A DNA stretch of 64,000 nucleotides from Candidatus Bathyarchaeota archaeon. GTDB taxonomy: Archaea; Thermoproteota; Bathyarchaeia; 40CM-2-53-6. Location: positions 1 to 64,000 of the forward strand of contig CAWHWX010000004.1 of the NCBI GenBank assembly GCA_963833125.1. The letters are read 5' to 3'. A model generated the notes under the pieces. That model did no database searches and was not told where the DNA came from. It worked only from the letters and a program-made list of their open reading frames with translations. Shown here in pieces: positions 43,415 to 53,881 of the stretch; the first letter of the stretch is position 1; each line of letters begins with the position of its first letter. The translations under genes and the position numbers were made by a program.

Positions 43415-44283
43415 GAACTTGTGCGCTCCATTTCGTGAAGTCTAGTTAGACTTCCCATAGGGGTTCCTTGACCTAGCCGAACGAAAGCAGTGTAATGCTT
43501 CGACTTCTTAATGCTCAATTTGACGTCTCGAGTAAGCTCTCTCTGGAAGCGACCATCAGCAACGACCAGAGCTTTCAGCTTCGGATCGAGCATCTGGATT
43601 GAGAGTTTTCTCTCCATCGACACGACTGTGGGCCTTACGAAGTCGAGCGGACAGATGAAAGTGATTACGAAAGCGTCTACAGATGAGTCAACGATAGGTC
43701 CACCCGCTGACAATGCATAGGCCGTTGAGCCAGTCGCTGTTGAAACAATTACTCCGTCTCCTCTGAATTGTGATAGGGGTTCGGAATCGACACCAAGCCT
43801 GAGTTCAAGCATTTTAGATGGGCTTCCCGAGGACACAACTAGCTCGTTAAGCGCATCAACGACGTGGGTCCCATTCATGTCAATTGCGAGTTTGGAACGT
43901 TTCTCAAGTCGATACTTACCCTTGCTGAACAGTTGAACTGCCCACAAGGCCTTGTTAGGTTCAACCTCAGTAAGGTACCCCCGCCGTCCCATGTTTACAG
44001 CAAGGATGGGCGTCTCCTTGTCGGGAATCGTCATAGCAGTCTTTAGAACGGTACCGTCACCGCCCACTGTAACCATCAAGTCAGCTTTGAGATCGCTTAG
44101 ATCCCTGCCGCCACCAAGCCGGCCTCTCTTAGCCAACTCCAATTCCGCAATCACTGAAATGCGCCTCTTCCTCAACTGACGTGCAAGATCCGACGCGATC
44201 TCAAGTGCACGTGGATCATCTAAGCGTGAGACAAGACCGACTGTGAAAGCCAATTTTCTTCTACCGATAAAACGTGTACTCAT
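43411..44283 (-). CDS. nadK: NAD kinase
   Basis: GGDGT, VNMGRRGYL, ALNE, GSTAYALSAGGP. Confidence 0.95.
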   Translation of the reverse strand: MSTRFIGRRKLAFTVGLVSRLDDPRALEIASDLARQLRKRRISVIAELELAKRGRLGGGRDLSDLKADLMVTVGGDGTVLKTAMTIPDKETPILAVNMGRRGYLTEVEPNKALWAVQLFSKGKYRLEKRSKLAIDMNGTHVVDALNELVVSSGSPSKMLELRLGVDSEPLSQFRGDGVIVSTATGSTAYALSAGGPIVDSSVDAFVITFICPLDFVRPTVVSMERKLSIQMLDPKLKALVVADGRFQRELTRDVKLSIKKSKHYTAFVRLGQGTPMGSLTRLHEMERTSS

Positions 44284-44436
44284 TCGCGAGGATAATTAAG
44301 TGATTCACCCAGCCTCCAAAAGATAACGCGATCCGCAGGTGCGATTCGCCCCAGGCGGATATCTACTGAAGATTCGCCGTCATTTGGTTGCAACTTAAAA
44401 CTCTCGTTTACAGAAACTAATGGTATTGGGGATGGA

Positions 44437-45516
44437 ATGCTGATGAAGGTTTCTAAGGCTACTAGGAAATTTGAGAATTGGCTAGGTAAACGAATACATT
44501 TAGTCCAATACGAGTTGAATCTAAAGCATAAGCTGATGACGGAACACTCCTTCTCATTCCTGCGGGCTACTTTTTACCGTTGGGCTCAAACTTGGCCTGA
44601 TGTTTGTCCTGAGCTGGCGAAGGCACCGAAAGTGCTCGCGGTAGGTGATCTCCACGTCGATAACTTCGGAACCTGGCGTGACAGCGAAGGCCGCTTAGTG
44701 TGGGGAGTCAACGACTTCGATGAAGCCTATCCCATGTCCTATGCTAACGATTTGGTTCGCTTGGCCGTCAGCGCAGACCTCGCCATCAAATCCGGACATC
44801 TCAAAATTAGTAATGCCCGCGCCTGCAAGGCGATTCTCGATGGCTATAGCACAGGCCTGAGAGCGGGCGGAGTTCCGTTCGTCCTCGAAGAGAATCATGA
44901 GTGGCTTCGCCGGGCAGCAACAGGAGTACTACGAAATCCTCCTCACTTCTGGGCGAAGCTGGATAGATTAGCCACCGTGCCCGACGTTCCCAAGAGCGCT
45001 AAGAGGGCACTTGAAAGCATACTTCCAGAAGATCGATACAGGACCGTGCACCGCGTCGCAGGAATGGGAAGTCTTGGAGGCGAACGGTTTGTGGCTCTTT
45101 CCACGTGGAAGGGCGGCCGAATAGCCCGTGAAGCTAAAGCCTTGGCTCCCTCAGCGTACATATGGGCCACTGACCAAAAAGGTTCAGAGAGAATTCTCTA
45201 CGAAGAAATCATCGAATCTGCGTGTCGAGCTGCTGATCCACTCGTTCGAGTAAGGGGACGTTGGCTTCTTCGCCGGCTTTCTCCTGATTGTTCGAGGATC
45301 GAACTAACCCAATTGCCTGAGAAAGTTGATGAACGGCGCCTTCTTGAGGCGATGGGATTTGAAACCGCAAACGTACACTTGGGCAGTGAGTCTGCGGTGG
45401 ATGATGTACGTCGAGATCTTTCGAGGAGGAGACCGGATTGGTTACACTCAGCCATGAAGAAAATGACCGACATGGTTGTCGAGGACTACGAGGATTGGTG
45501 CAAACTACGATCCTAG
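44437..45516 (+). CDS. DUF2252 family kinase-like protein
   Basis: FLRATFY, GDLHVDNFG, VNDFDEA, VAGMGSLG. Confidence 0.85.
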   Translation: MLMKVSKATRKFENWLGKRIHLVQYELNLKHKLMTEHSFSFLRATFYRWAQTWPDVCPELAKAPKVLAVGDLHVDNFGTWRDSEGRLVWGVNDFDEAYPMSYANDLVRLAVSADLAIKSGHLKISNARACKAILDGYSTGLRAGGVPFVLEENHEWLRRAATGVLRNPPHFWAKLDRLATVPDVPKSAKRALESILPEDRYRTVHRVAGMGSLGGERFVALSTWKGGRIAREAKALAPSAYIWATDQKGSERILYEEIIESACRAADPLVRVRGRWLLRRLSPDCSRIELTQLPEKVDERRLLEAMGFETANVHLGSESAVDDVRRDLSRRRPDWLHSAMKKMTDMVVEDYEDWCKLRS

Positions 45517-47354
45517 GGTGGGCCCGGCTTCAAACTTTGGTTATCTGTCTCTTGACTCGATTTCCCGAGAGTGTCTCCCCGTTGCTTGTAAGCGGCGTCT
45601 AGATCGTAGATTGTTTTGAATTCATTCTCTCTTCCAATCAATTCGGTGATCTTGTCTCGGCCAAACTCATCCCAGACTTTATCCTGAATCTCGACCAAGA
45701 CAAGGGTAATTCCTCTTTGTTTCAAAAGCCCGTAGATCTCACGCAATGCTGCGGCTGCGGAAAAATCAACATCATCCATAGCTGACCCATCTAAACAGAA
45801 CCAGGAAATCGGTGGGTTTGCGCTATTCACTAACTGAATGACTTCGTTCTTGAATCCTTGGCAATTTGCGTAATACATACTGTGGTTGAAGCGGTAGACG
45901 ATCATACCTGGAAGGAACTGAGCTCGGGCCGTCACAGGAAGCCACCGCCAGCGCCCTTCTTCGTTAATTGAAAGTAGACTGTTGTTGGGCCGATATCCTC
46001 GGCGAGTATGGTCGATGAGGGATAACGCGATTGTGAGAAGTATTCCTTGCTCGACCCCAACGACCACCACAGTCACGGCGGTTGCGATGGCTATCCAGAA
46101 CTCACTGGGACGTTGCACGAAAATCTCCCGCATCTCCTTAACGTTCACCAACTCAGTCGCTATGATGAAGACGATCGCTGCCAGAACCGCGATTGGCATG
46201 TATGAGAGCGGAGCAGTTATGAAAAGCAAAACCGCAACGACGATACCAACGGTTGTGAGCTGTGCAAGCTGACTGCGACCCCCAGCGCTGTCAACCATCT
46301 CGGTTTTAGTTGGACTACCATTCACGACGAATGTCCCGGATAATCCTGCACCGATGTTAGCAATGGCTAGTCCGATTAGGTCCATGTTCTCGTCGAAAGG
46401 CTCGTTGTAGCGGGTCGCGTAAGCTTGAGAAGTAGCCGCACTTTGGGTCAGGACTACTATGAACATCACGAGGGCGGTAGGAAAGAGCCGTTGAAGTATG
46501 CTCAAACTTAGCGGCGCGTTCGGGAAACCTAGGTTGGGTAAGCCGCTGGGAATCGCTCCGATCATATCAACGCCGTATAAACCGAGGTGGAGGGTGTAGC
46601 TGCCAATGATTGCGCAAATTACGGCGATCAACGCGATGGGGATCTTCCTGGAGATTCTCCGGGTACCAAAGATCACTACCAAAACCGTAAGGGAGATTGC
46701 TAACGAGTAGACGTTCAATTTGGATAGTTGCGCAAGATCAGTGACGAGTTCTTGTACTGGATTAGTTCCATGGGATGGGATTCCGAGCAAATCAGGAAAC
46801 TGCTTAATGGCCACCTGAACTCCCACACCAGCAAGAAAACCGACTAACACCGTTCGCGAGAGAAAATCCGCCAGAAACCCCAACCTTACCAAACGGGCGC
46901 CGATCAGCAATAACCCAACCATTAACGCCAACACGCTCGCGTATGCCACGTAGTCAGGAGAACCGATTGTGGCGATTCCAACCAATCCAGCCGCTAAAAC
47001 AGCAGCCGTTGCAGAATCCGCGCCGACTACTAGGTGACGCGACGAACCGATAAGGGCATACAAGGCCATCGGGACGAGGATCGTAAAAAGACCGGTAATT
47101 ACCGGAGTTCCCGCAATTCTTGTGTACCCCATAACTTCGGGAATGGCCAGAGTGGCCAGTGTAACACCGGCGAGAATGTCCTTCGATATCTGCGATTTCT
47201 GTAGGGGCAATATCCCTTGCAGAAGATATCGTTTAGGGTGCGGATCATTCCCACCTAGTGCTTTGTTCTGAATGGAACCCCCCTCCCTGCTAACAACAGC
47301 ATACCTGACTCTTGATCCAGCAATCTGAGCATGGATGGTCTCATAGATAGGCAT
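45513..47354 (-). CDS. SulP/SLC26 anion transporter with STAS domain; start uncertain (ATG 47354 or ATT 47273)
   Basis: DILAGVTLATLAIPEVMGY, GSSRHLVVG, STAS VDFSAAAAL; the ORF-track extension to 47570 overlaps another gene. Confidence 0.9.
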   Translation of the reverse strand: MPIYETIHAQIAGSRVRYAVVSREGGSIQNKALGGNDPHPKRYLLQGILPLQKSQISKDILAGVTLATLAIPEVMGYTRIAGTPVITGLFTILVPMALYALIGSSRHLVVGADSATAAVLAAGLVGIATIGSPDYVAYASVLALMVGLLLIGARLVRLGFLADFLSRTVLVGFLAGVGVQVAIKQFPDLLGIPSHGTNPVQELVTDLAQLSKLNVYSLAISLTVLVVIFGTRRISRKIPIALIAVICAIIGSYTLHLGLYGVDMIGAIPSGLPNLGFPNAPLSLSILQRLFPTALVMFIVVLTQSAATSQAYATRYNEPFDENMDLIGLAIANIGAGLSGTFVVNGSPTKTEMVDSAGGRSQLAQLTTVGIVVAVLLFITAPLSYMPIAVLAAIVFIIATELVNVKEMREIFVQRPSEFWIAIATAVTVVVVGVEQGILLTIALSLIDHTRRGYRPNNSLLSINEEGRWRWLPVTARAQFLPGMIVYRFNHSMYYANCQGFKNEVIQLVNSANPPISWFCLDGSAMDDVDFSAAAALREIYGLLKQRGITLVLVEIQDKVWDEFGRDKITELIGRENEFKTIYDLDAAYKQRGDTLGKSSQETDNQSLKPGPP

Positions 47355-47446
47355 TCTTGGGATTGAAGCTTCTTCATCCGAATAATGACGCGGCGATGCA
47401 GCAGCCTTCTCCATGCCTTGAGCAAGTAACAGGACCACTCTTGTTT

Positions 47447-47614
47447 CTATCGAAAGATTGCTTGATCGTAGAGAGTCAGTTGCCCAGTTTTCCGTCCCAC
47501 ATACTTCTGGCAGTGTGGGCACCGTTTGAAAACGAATGTACGCTTGCGGAGCACAGTAATCCGAATCCATTTGCCGCCACAGTTATTGCAGTACCTGCAA
47601 TCGCCGACAGACAT
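47447..47614 (-). CDS. 55-aa zinc-ribbon microprotein, not in the ORF track
   Basis: SD AGGTGG; MSVGDCRYCNNCGGKWIRITVLRKRTFVFKRCPHCQKYVGRKTGQLTLYDQAIFR*. Confidence 0.65.
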   Translation of the reverse strand: MSVGDCRYCNNCGGKWIRITVLRKRTFVFKRCPHCQKYVGRKTGQLTLYDQAIFR

Positions 47615-47772
47615 TAGCAATCCACCTATCTTAGGAGCCGACTAAGCCTTGGCCTTGCTAACCAGTAGAGCCCTAATGGGCACTGCAGGGAAAAATACCC
47701 AGAGGGAGAGAGATAACAGACTTATTCCCCTTTTACCTAAATTCATGTTATCGTGTGCGTCCTTAGAACAGG

Positions 47773-48441
47773 GTGTACTCCAAGCGACAGGATAACGGGA
47801 GCAGGGACTGGAATTTAGAGATGCAAGCTGCATGCTGCAAAACGAAGGATAGGCACCTTCCCACATTCGTCATGGATAATTTTGTGCGGCGCTGGTTGTC
47901 TCCCCCGAAGAAGAAAGTATCAAAATTCCTATCAGCCGGGATTGTGGTCGCCGATGTCGGCTGCGGACCAGGTTACTTCACCATCCCAATGGCCGAGTTG
48001 GTCGGATCGACAGGGAAAGTATACGCCGCAGATTCGGATCCAAAATCAATCAAGGTGCTGAAAGCGAAATCGGAGGCACGAGGACTTGAGAGCGTGATCG
48101 AGGCACATGCCACTTCTGCCGCAAGTTTGGGAGCGATACCTGATCGCTCGGTCGACTTTGTGTTCGCAAACGGCGTTCTTTGTTGCATGGTAGATCATGC
48201 AGGGGCAATCGAGGAGGTAAAGCGTATTCTGAAACCCCCAGGACTAGCCTACCTCAGCGTCACAAAATTGTACAGGAAAACAGACCCCAAGGCGGTCACC
48301 AATGAAGAATGGTGGCGAATACTGGAAGGTTTCAGCGTTCGTGAAAACGGCGAGGGGTTCCTGAATCGCTGGGCCAGCGTGTCAGCCAAGCACGAGATGC
48401 CCAAGAGACCAATTGCCAGCGCGCCAAAGGCAAGTGTGTAG
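47773..48441 (+). CDS. Class I SAM-dependent methyltransferase (start probably ATG 47821)
   Basis: VADVGCGPGYF, RILKPPG. Confidence 0.88.
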   Translation: MYSKRQDNGSRDWNLEMQAACCKTKDRHLPTFVMDNFVRRWLSPPKKKVSKFLSAGIVVADVGCGPGYFTIPMAELVGSTGKVYAADSDPKSIKVLKAKSEARGLESVIEAHATSAASLGAIPDRSVDFVFANGVLCCMVDHAGAIEEVKRILKPPGLAYLSVTKLYRKTDPKAVTNEEWWRILEGFSVRENGEGFLNRWASVSAKHEMPKRPIASAPKASV

Positions 48442-48529
48442 TTTGCCCGGAGAATGCGGGACGAGTTAACCTTTTAGACGAAGAGTGGACGTAGACTGGT
48501 TTCGAGTTTAGGCTTACGGGCGAAGAACA

Positions 48530-48925
48530 CTGAGCAAACCAGTAGACATAGGCTCCCTAAAGATCGGCCATTACGTGATTATCGATGGGGAACCTTGCAA
48601 GATTGTAGAATACGAAAAATCAAAACCGGGAAAACACGGAGCTGCCAAGGCGAGAATTGTAGCTATCAGTGTAACGACTAATACGAAGAAGAACTTGATC
48701 GGCGCAGTGGATGCCCGCGCAGAGGTCCCAATGATCGAAAAGAAAACGGGACAAGTCTTGGCTTTAGTTGGTAATAATGTGCAGATAATGGATATGGAAT
48801 CCTACGAGACTTTCGAAACCCCAGCTCCCGATGAAGAAGAGCTCAAGTCAAAGTTAGCGCCCGGCGTCGAGGTTGAGTATTGGCAAATGCTTGGCCAAAA
48901 CAGGATAATGCGAACCAAGGGTTAA
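48530..48925 (+). CDS. eif5a: Translation factor aIF-5A; CTG start at 48530
   Basis: (M)[14 protein letters not shown]; hypusine motif KPGKHGAAK; in-frame TAG at 48509. Confidence 0.95.
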   Translation: MSKPVDIGSLKIGHYVIIDGEPCKIVEYEKSKPGKHGAAKARIVAISVTTNTKKNLIGAVDARAEVPMIEKKTGQVLALVGNNVQIMDMESYETFETPAPDEEELKSKLAPGVEVEYWQMLGQNRIMRTKG

Positions 48926-48963
48926 TCCCCCTCTACCAACCCCCTATCCTACGTGCCCCTACT

Positions 48964-49893
48964 ATGCCGTTAGTGTCTCACATCAAAATCAAGAGAAGAA
49001 TGACGGTCTCCAACATTGCCGAACAGATGGAGGCCGTGCAAGTCCTTGGTATGGGTAGGTTCGGCAAGGCAGCGAGAATCCTCAGTGAAATGTTCCAAGA
49101 CAAGAATTACACAACTATCCTCTCTCTCGCTGGACCACTGATCCCAGGCGGCCTTAGGACCGTAATCAGAGATTTGGTGGATGGTGGGTATGTCAATGCT
49201 GTCGTTACGACTGGAGCAAACGTTACACACGATTTGCTCGAAGCGTTGGGACATAGGCATATCGTAGGATCCGAAACCGCCGACGACACAAAACTTCGAA
49301 AACGCGGCCTATCCAGAATCTACGACCTCCTAGTGACGCAAGAGGGGATTGAGGCTCTCGAGAGGGCTACCTACCGGATGCTGAATCGTATCCCCGAGTC
49401 GAAACGGAGGAACATAGGAAGTTACGAGTTATTGGCGGAATTTGGCAAACAGGTTAGAGATAGAGGGTCACTTCTTCACACTGCTCAAGCTCGCGGAGCA
49501 TCAATCTTTTGCCCCGGCATCTTCGATTCAATGCTCGGCCTCCACCTCTGGACCTACAGCCGACTCCACACACTATTCGTCAACCCTTTCAGGGATTTTT
49601 CAAAACTCGTCGATATGACGTACGAAAGGAAGAAGGTTGGCGTAGTGATTCTTGGGGGAGGAATGCCGAAACATCAGGCGCTGATCGCCAACACATACCG
49701 AGGTGGCGTCGACGCCGCCATCCAGATCACTCTCGATCGGGCGGATGGAGGAGGGTTCAGTGGTGCACCTCTTGAGGAAGCTATTAGCTGGGGGAAAATT
49801 AAAACCCCGAAAAACCTCGTAACAGTGGTGGGAGATGCTACTGTTTTGTTTCCCTTACTCACCGCGGCTGCCCTCGACCGAGTTAAGAACTAG
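48964..49893 (+). CDS. dhs: Deoxyhypusine synthase
   Basis: TTGANVTHD, GGGMPKH, SGAPLEEAISWGKI, GDAT; adjacent to aIF-5A. Confidence 0.93.
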   Translation: MPLVSHIKIKRRMTVSNIAEQMEAVQVLGMGRFGKAARILSEMFQDKNYTTILSLAGPLIPGGLRTVIRDLVDGGYVNAVVTTGANVTHDLLEALGHRHIVGSETADDTKLRKRGLSRIYDLLVTQEGIEALERATYRMLNRIPESKRRNIGSYELLAEFGKQVRDRGSLLHTAQARGASIFCPGIFDSMLGLHLWTYSRLHTLFVNPFRDFSKLVDMTYERKKVGVVILGGGMPKHQALIANTYRGGVDAAIQITLDRADGGGFSGAPLEEAISWGKIKTPKNLVTVVGDATVLFPLLTAAALDRVKN

Positions 49894-49907
49894 ACGTAAG
49901 TTGCGAC

Positions 49908-50279
49908 TTACTTCGTTCGAGGTAGATGGACTTCCAGTACGCCTCGTTTGAATTTTCTTGTCGCTTGCTTCTCATTAACAGGTACGGGCATCCGAATGAT
50001 TGCGTGGTAGGAGGTGAATTCTCCGTGCCTGTGCTTAGCTCCCAGATCATGGAACGTGATCCGCTTAGTAGTCTCGGCGTACACTTCAATGGAATCCTTG
50101 GTTGGGAGTTTTAATTTCAAAGATTTTTGGTTGACGTAGGGCAGGTCGACCGTTAGGACAACTTCTTTGGCCGCTACGAATAGGTTGTATAACGGTTGGA
50201 TAGCGGACGACGCGACGTTCCACCCCGAGCCATGAGGCGGTGAGGTATTGACTCTTGATTCTGTACTCATTGAGTTCAC
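49908..50279 (-). CDS. Hsp20/alpha-crystallin small heat-shock protein
   Basis: VDLPYV, FKRGVLEVHLP. Confidence 0.8.
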   Translation of the reverse strand: MNSMSTESRVNTSPPHGSGWNVASSAIQPLYNLFVAAKEVVLTVDLPYVNQKSLKLKLPTKDSIEVYAETTKRITFHDLGAKHRHGEFTSYHAIIRMPVPVNEKQATRKFKRGVLEVHLPRTK

Positions 50280-51037
50280 CCGTAGAGTGGGGGCAGGTCG
50301 TATTCATGTGACTTGTTCATCTTGTTCATCTCTTCGTGCGTTCGATGCATCATATCCTTACTCCGCAAACGAATCTCTTCTCCCCTCTTCAGAAGCTCTG
50401 ACACGTCGACCTTCAAATCCAGAATTTTGTTAACTGCGGTTAGGGCTGCGCCGGCGGCTTCGGGGTCAGGATAATTGTAATGTGACTGCGTCATCAACGT
50501 GATGGCTGGTAGGGCGGTTTCGACACATTTCCGAAGTAGCAACCCGTAGACACCGACGATATACCCTTCCTCCAAGATCTCAGCGGCTCCATGCAATTGA
50601 GGCTCCAACTCCTTCGCAGAGAGGGCCGCGAACACTTTAGGCACGTCTATGTCCTGACGATTAGCCACAGCCATCCCGCCTAACGATAGCATCAACTTAG
50701 CATTCTTGCCGCGAGCCCATTCTACGAGTCCGTTGGCGAGCGGGCGGACGAGTGAGCCTGGGATTACGGTTTCGGATATCACAACCACGAGCCCATTGCC
50801 TGAGAAGATCCGGAATGGTGCCTTCGGTACACCTCCATGAAGCACGATCATGGGCGGTAGGAGGTCTGATTCAATCGCGCCCACTTCCCGAAGCTTCAGA
50901 TCGCTGATAATGTGAGACGCGGCTAGGAGACCTACTAGGCCTACGTCGGGTAGACCATTGATCACAACTGCACTTTTAGGAATTGAACCAGTCTCGATGA
51001 TTCTTAACCCGTCATTCGCAGACAGGTTAGCAGACAT
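50276..51037 (-). CDS. PAC2-family proteasome assembly chaperone
   Basis: GLPDVGLVG, YPDPEAA, C-terminal HbYX-like LYG; ATG 51037. Confidence 0.9.
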   Translation of the reverse strand: MSANLSANDGLRIIETGSIPKSAVVINGLPDVGLVGLLAASHIISDLKLREVGAIESDLLPPMIVLHGGVPKAPFRIFSGNGLVVVISETVIPGSLVRPLANGLVEWARGKNAKLMLSLGGMAVANRQDIDVPKVFAALSAKELEPQLHGAAEILEEGYIVGVYGLLLRKCVETALPAITLMTQSHYNYPDPEAAGAALTAVNKILDLKVDVSELLKRGEEIRLRSKDMMHRTHEEMNKMNKSHEYDLPPLYG

Positions 51038-51158
51038 CCATGAAACCTTCCGACGTGAGACGTTCGAAAAGCAACCTTTGGCGACTAAATAAACGGTTCG
51101 TAGGAGTACGTGATTTCTCAAAACCAGACCTGTATAACATATGCTAGACATCTTTTTC

Positions 51159-51519
51159 GTGGCCGCTTTCCGGGAAAAAGGCGCTGTTTTCGGCCACTGA
51201 CACGTAAGGGACAAGTCAGGGTGCATTGCAAAGGTAACGTCAACTTGTTGGTTGCTCCGGCAAATCGCTTCGTATGAGGGGATTGAGGCGTAAAATGGGG
51301 CGAGGGGTATCTTCGTTTGGCACCGTTTGGCACCACCCCTCGAGGGGTGGATCCACCCTGCCTAATTCCGCACAGAAAACGAGAAGAACCTCTTAACAAC
51401 CGTTACCTGGACGTTACCATTGCATAGTGCAATGTACCCATGTTTTCCTTCAGCCAAATCCCGCAGTTTACCCGGCTCTCCCGTAGCCCATGCGTTGATG
51501 CAAGCGCTTCAGGGTAACG
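51159..51519. other. Palindrome-rich non-coding region (possible ncRNA, MITE or regulatory array)
   Basis: 18-bp palindrome 51333-51350, 14-bp palindrome 51345-51358, tandem cgtttggcac x2, imperfect long inverted repeat 51219-51241 / 51410-51439, hairpin 51159-51197. Confidence 0.45.
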
Positions 51520-51629
51520 AATGGTTCTGTAGTCATGAAGGATCAATCGACTAAGAACCCGCGGTGTGCCGGCAGAACTTTTAGGCTACGGGCGACAACC
51601 CATGAACTTGATTCGAGAGCGGAAATTGA

Positions 51630-52969
51630 ATGAGTGCGCCTGAAGGCTTGGGTAGATCGCTTAGAGACCGGTTAAGAAACTGCTCAGGCTGGCGGTGGTG
51701 GACGAGAAAGCCGTAAAGGAACTAGTACGTGACCTTCAACGGGCACTGCTTCAATCCGACGTTAACGTAAACTTAGTTCTCCAGATTTCTCAAGCGGTAG
51801 AGAAGAGGTCTCTCGAAGAGAAGCTGCCTCCGGGAATCTCCCGTCATGATCATGTTGTGAAGGTGCTGTATGAGGAACTCACACGATTTCTCGGCGAGGA
51901 ACCAACCAAACTCACCCTCGAGCCCGGCAAGCGCCAGGTAATCATGCTTGTGGGAATCCAGGGAACCGGCAAAACAACTGCGTCAGTCAAGCTGGCTCGA
52001 TTCTACCAGAAACGTGGCTCACGCCCAGCGATCATCTGCGCAGACACATACCGGCCGGGGGCCTTCGATCAGCTGAAACAACTTGCGGATAGGGTTAACG
52101 TCCCAGTGTACGGGGAACCGAACGGGAAGGAACCATTGAAGATCGTTAGGAAGGGGATGGAGCAGTTTGCGGGCGAGAAATATGATTTGATTATCGTCGA
52201 CACGGCTGGGAGGCACAAAAACGAAAAAGAACTCATGGATGAAATGAAGGATCTGGCAAAGCAAATTCAACCTGATGAAATTATCCTAGCAATCGACGCC
52301 TCGATCGGACAGGCGGCCACGTCCCAAGCAACGGCCTTCAACGATAGCACTAAGATTGGCTCCATTTTGGTGACGAAGCTTGACGGGACGGCGAAGGGAG
52401 GAGGCGCATTGTCAGCCGTTGCGGCTACGCAGGCGAAGATCAAATTCATTGGGACCGGCGAAAAGATCGATGACATAGAACAATTCATACCTGCCAGCTT
52501 CGTCGGCCGGCTTCTTGGAATGGGCGACATAAAGTCGCTTGTTGAGAAGGTGCGTGAGGCTCAGGTTGAGATTCCGCAGAAGAAGGCTAGGGCGTTTCTG
52601 GAGGGGAAGTTCACTCTGAAGGACATGTACGAACAGATGGTGGCGGTGAGGAAGATGGGGCCGCTCAAGAAGCTGGTGGGGATGGTGCCTGGCGGGATGA
52701 ACATTCCCGACGACGCCATGGAGACCGCCGAGAAAAGACTAGACGCCTGGAAGGTGATTATACAGTCGATGACTAGGGACGAGATTGAGGACCCCAAACT
52801 CATCGACTCCTCCAGAGCCAGAAGGATCGCTCGCGGCTCGGGAACCTCCGACAGAGACGTCAAGGAAATGATCAATCAATATCATATGATGAAAAAAATG
52901 ATGAAAACCATGAAACGCAGGGGCGGAGCTTTAGGAAGAGGAGGAAAACTGCCCTTCCCGACAAGATAA
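51630..52969 (+). CDS. srp54: Signal recognition particle protein SRP54; frameshift near 51670
   Basis: MSAPEGLGRSLRD.. start; GIQGTGKTT, DTAGRH, TKLDGTAKGGG, M domain SRARRIARGSG. Confidence 0.95.
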
Positions 52970-53094
52970 CTACAAAGACCAGTTACTCGATGTGTGCTCA
53001 CACCAGTCTATACCAAATCGGCATATTGTGTGAAAGGAGTCTCCATATTTTCCGTAGTGTGAAGAGCCCAACTGAGGCCCTTCCCGTTTCGTAT

Positions 53095-53547
53095 TCACTC
53101 CGATATGTCGGCGACGGTTGCATTGTCTAGTCTTATCACATCCTTAGTGTTCAGTTCAAGGAGCCTGTCCCTTGATCCTCCTCCGCAGAAAACTGTTTCT
53201 TGATCTAACAAGGCACCGTCAAGTATGACATTCATTCGGGTTTTATGATAGATGGAGGGGGTTGCTCCAGGTGCATAACCGCTAATCCTCTCCGCATCCT
53301 CGAAGCCTAGCAGGCCGACGTTGCGTGTGTTCAATGCCTGCGCTGCCTTTCTCAAGTTGACCTTTCGATTCCCTGGAACAATCAGTAATGCGTAGTCTCC
53401 GTCAGAAGTTTTGCAGACGAGGTTCTTTGTGATTCTGTTCAATTGGATTCCCGTTTTGCGAGATGCATCCGCTGTGTGAATGGTCTCAGGCTTGGCTAGG
53501 AATCTGTGCCAAACCCCGTTTTCCCTCAGGTAATCTTCCAAATTCAT
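53095..53547 (-). CDS. YbaK/ProX aminoacyl-tRNA editing domain protein
   Basis: ITKNLV, GYAPGATPSI, CGGG. Confidence 0.88.
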   Translation of the reverse strand: MNLEDYLRENGVWHRFLAKPETIHTADASRKTGIQLNRITKNLVCKTSDGDYALLIVPGNRKVNLRKAAQALNTRNVGLLGFEDAERISGYAPGATPSIYHKTRMNVILDGALLDQETVFCGGGSRDRLLELNTKDVIRLDNATVADISE

Positions 53548-53881
53548 CGAATTTCCTCCGTTGTAAAGGAGACGCCGTTTTTTGTTACACTCGCTGAGCG
53601 GCAGATATATCTGATTCTAACGTTGGCCGTTTAGAAATAAGTTGGTTGCGACTTCTTTTCTCACAGGTACTGGACTTACTCCTCAAAGGTTAACCCATTT
53701 CCAGCGATGGACTAGCTTGGAACTCCTCGAACAGAACGGTCGATGGATTGTTTCTGGAGATTATCTGATGGCATGAGCGATTGGATTAGAACAGTCAATG
53801 AATAACAAACCTCTGGAGCATATTCTTGCTGCAACCGACACTGGCCACTGAAATGCCAATTTGACTGCTCTAACGTCGTGT

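Noticed and set aside
47355-47570. Long N-terminal extension of SulP
   Set aside because: It is not SulP-like and overlaps a better-supported zinc-ribbon microprotein with its own SD.
51118-51399. ORF-track ORF 51118-51399 and the PAC2 extension to 51226
   Set aside because: No protein-like features; PAC2 homology begins at ATG 51037.
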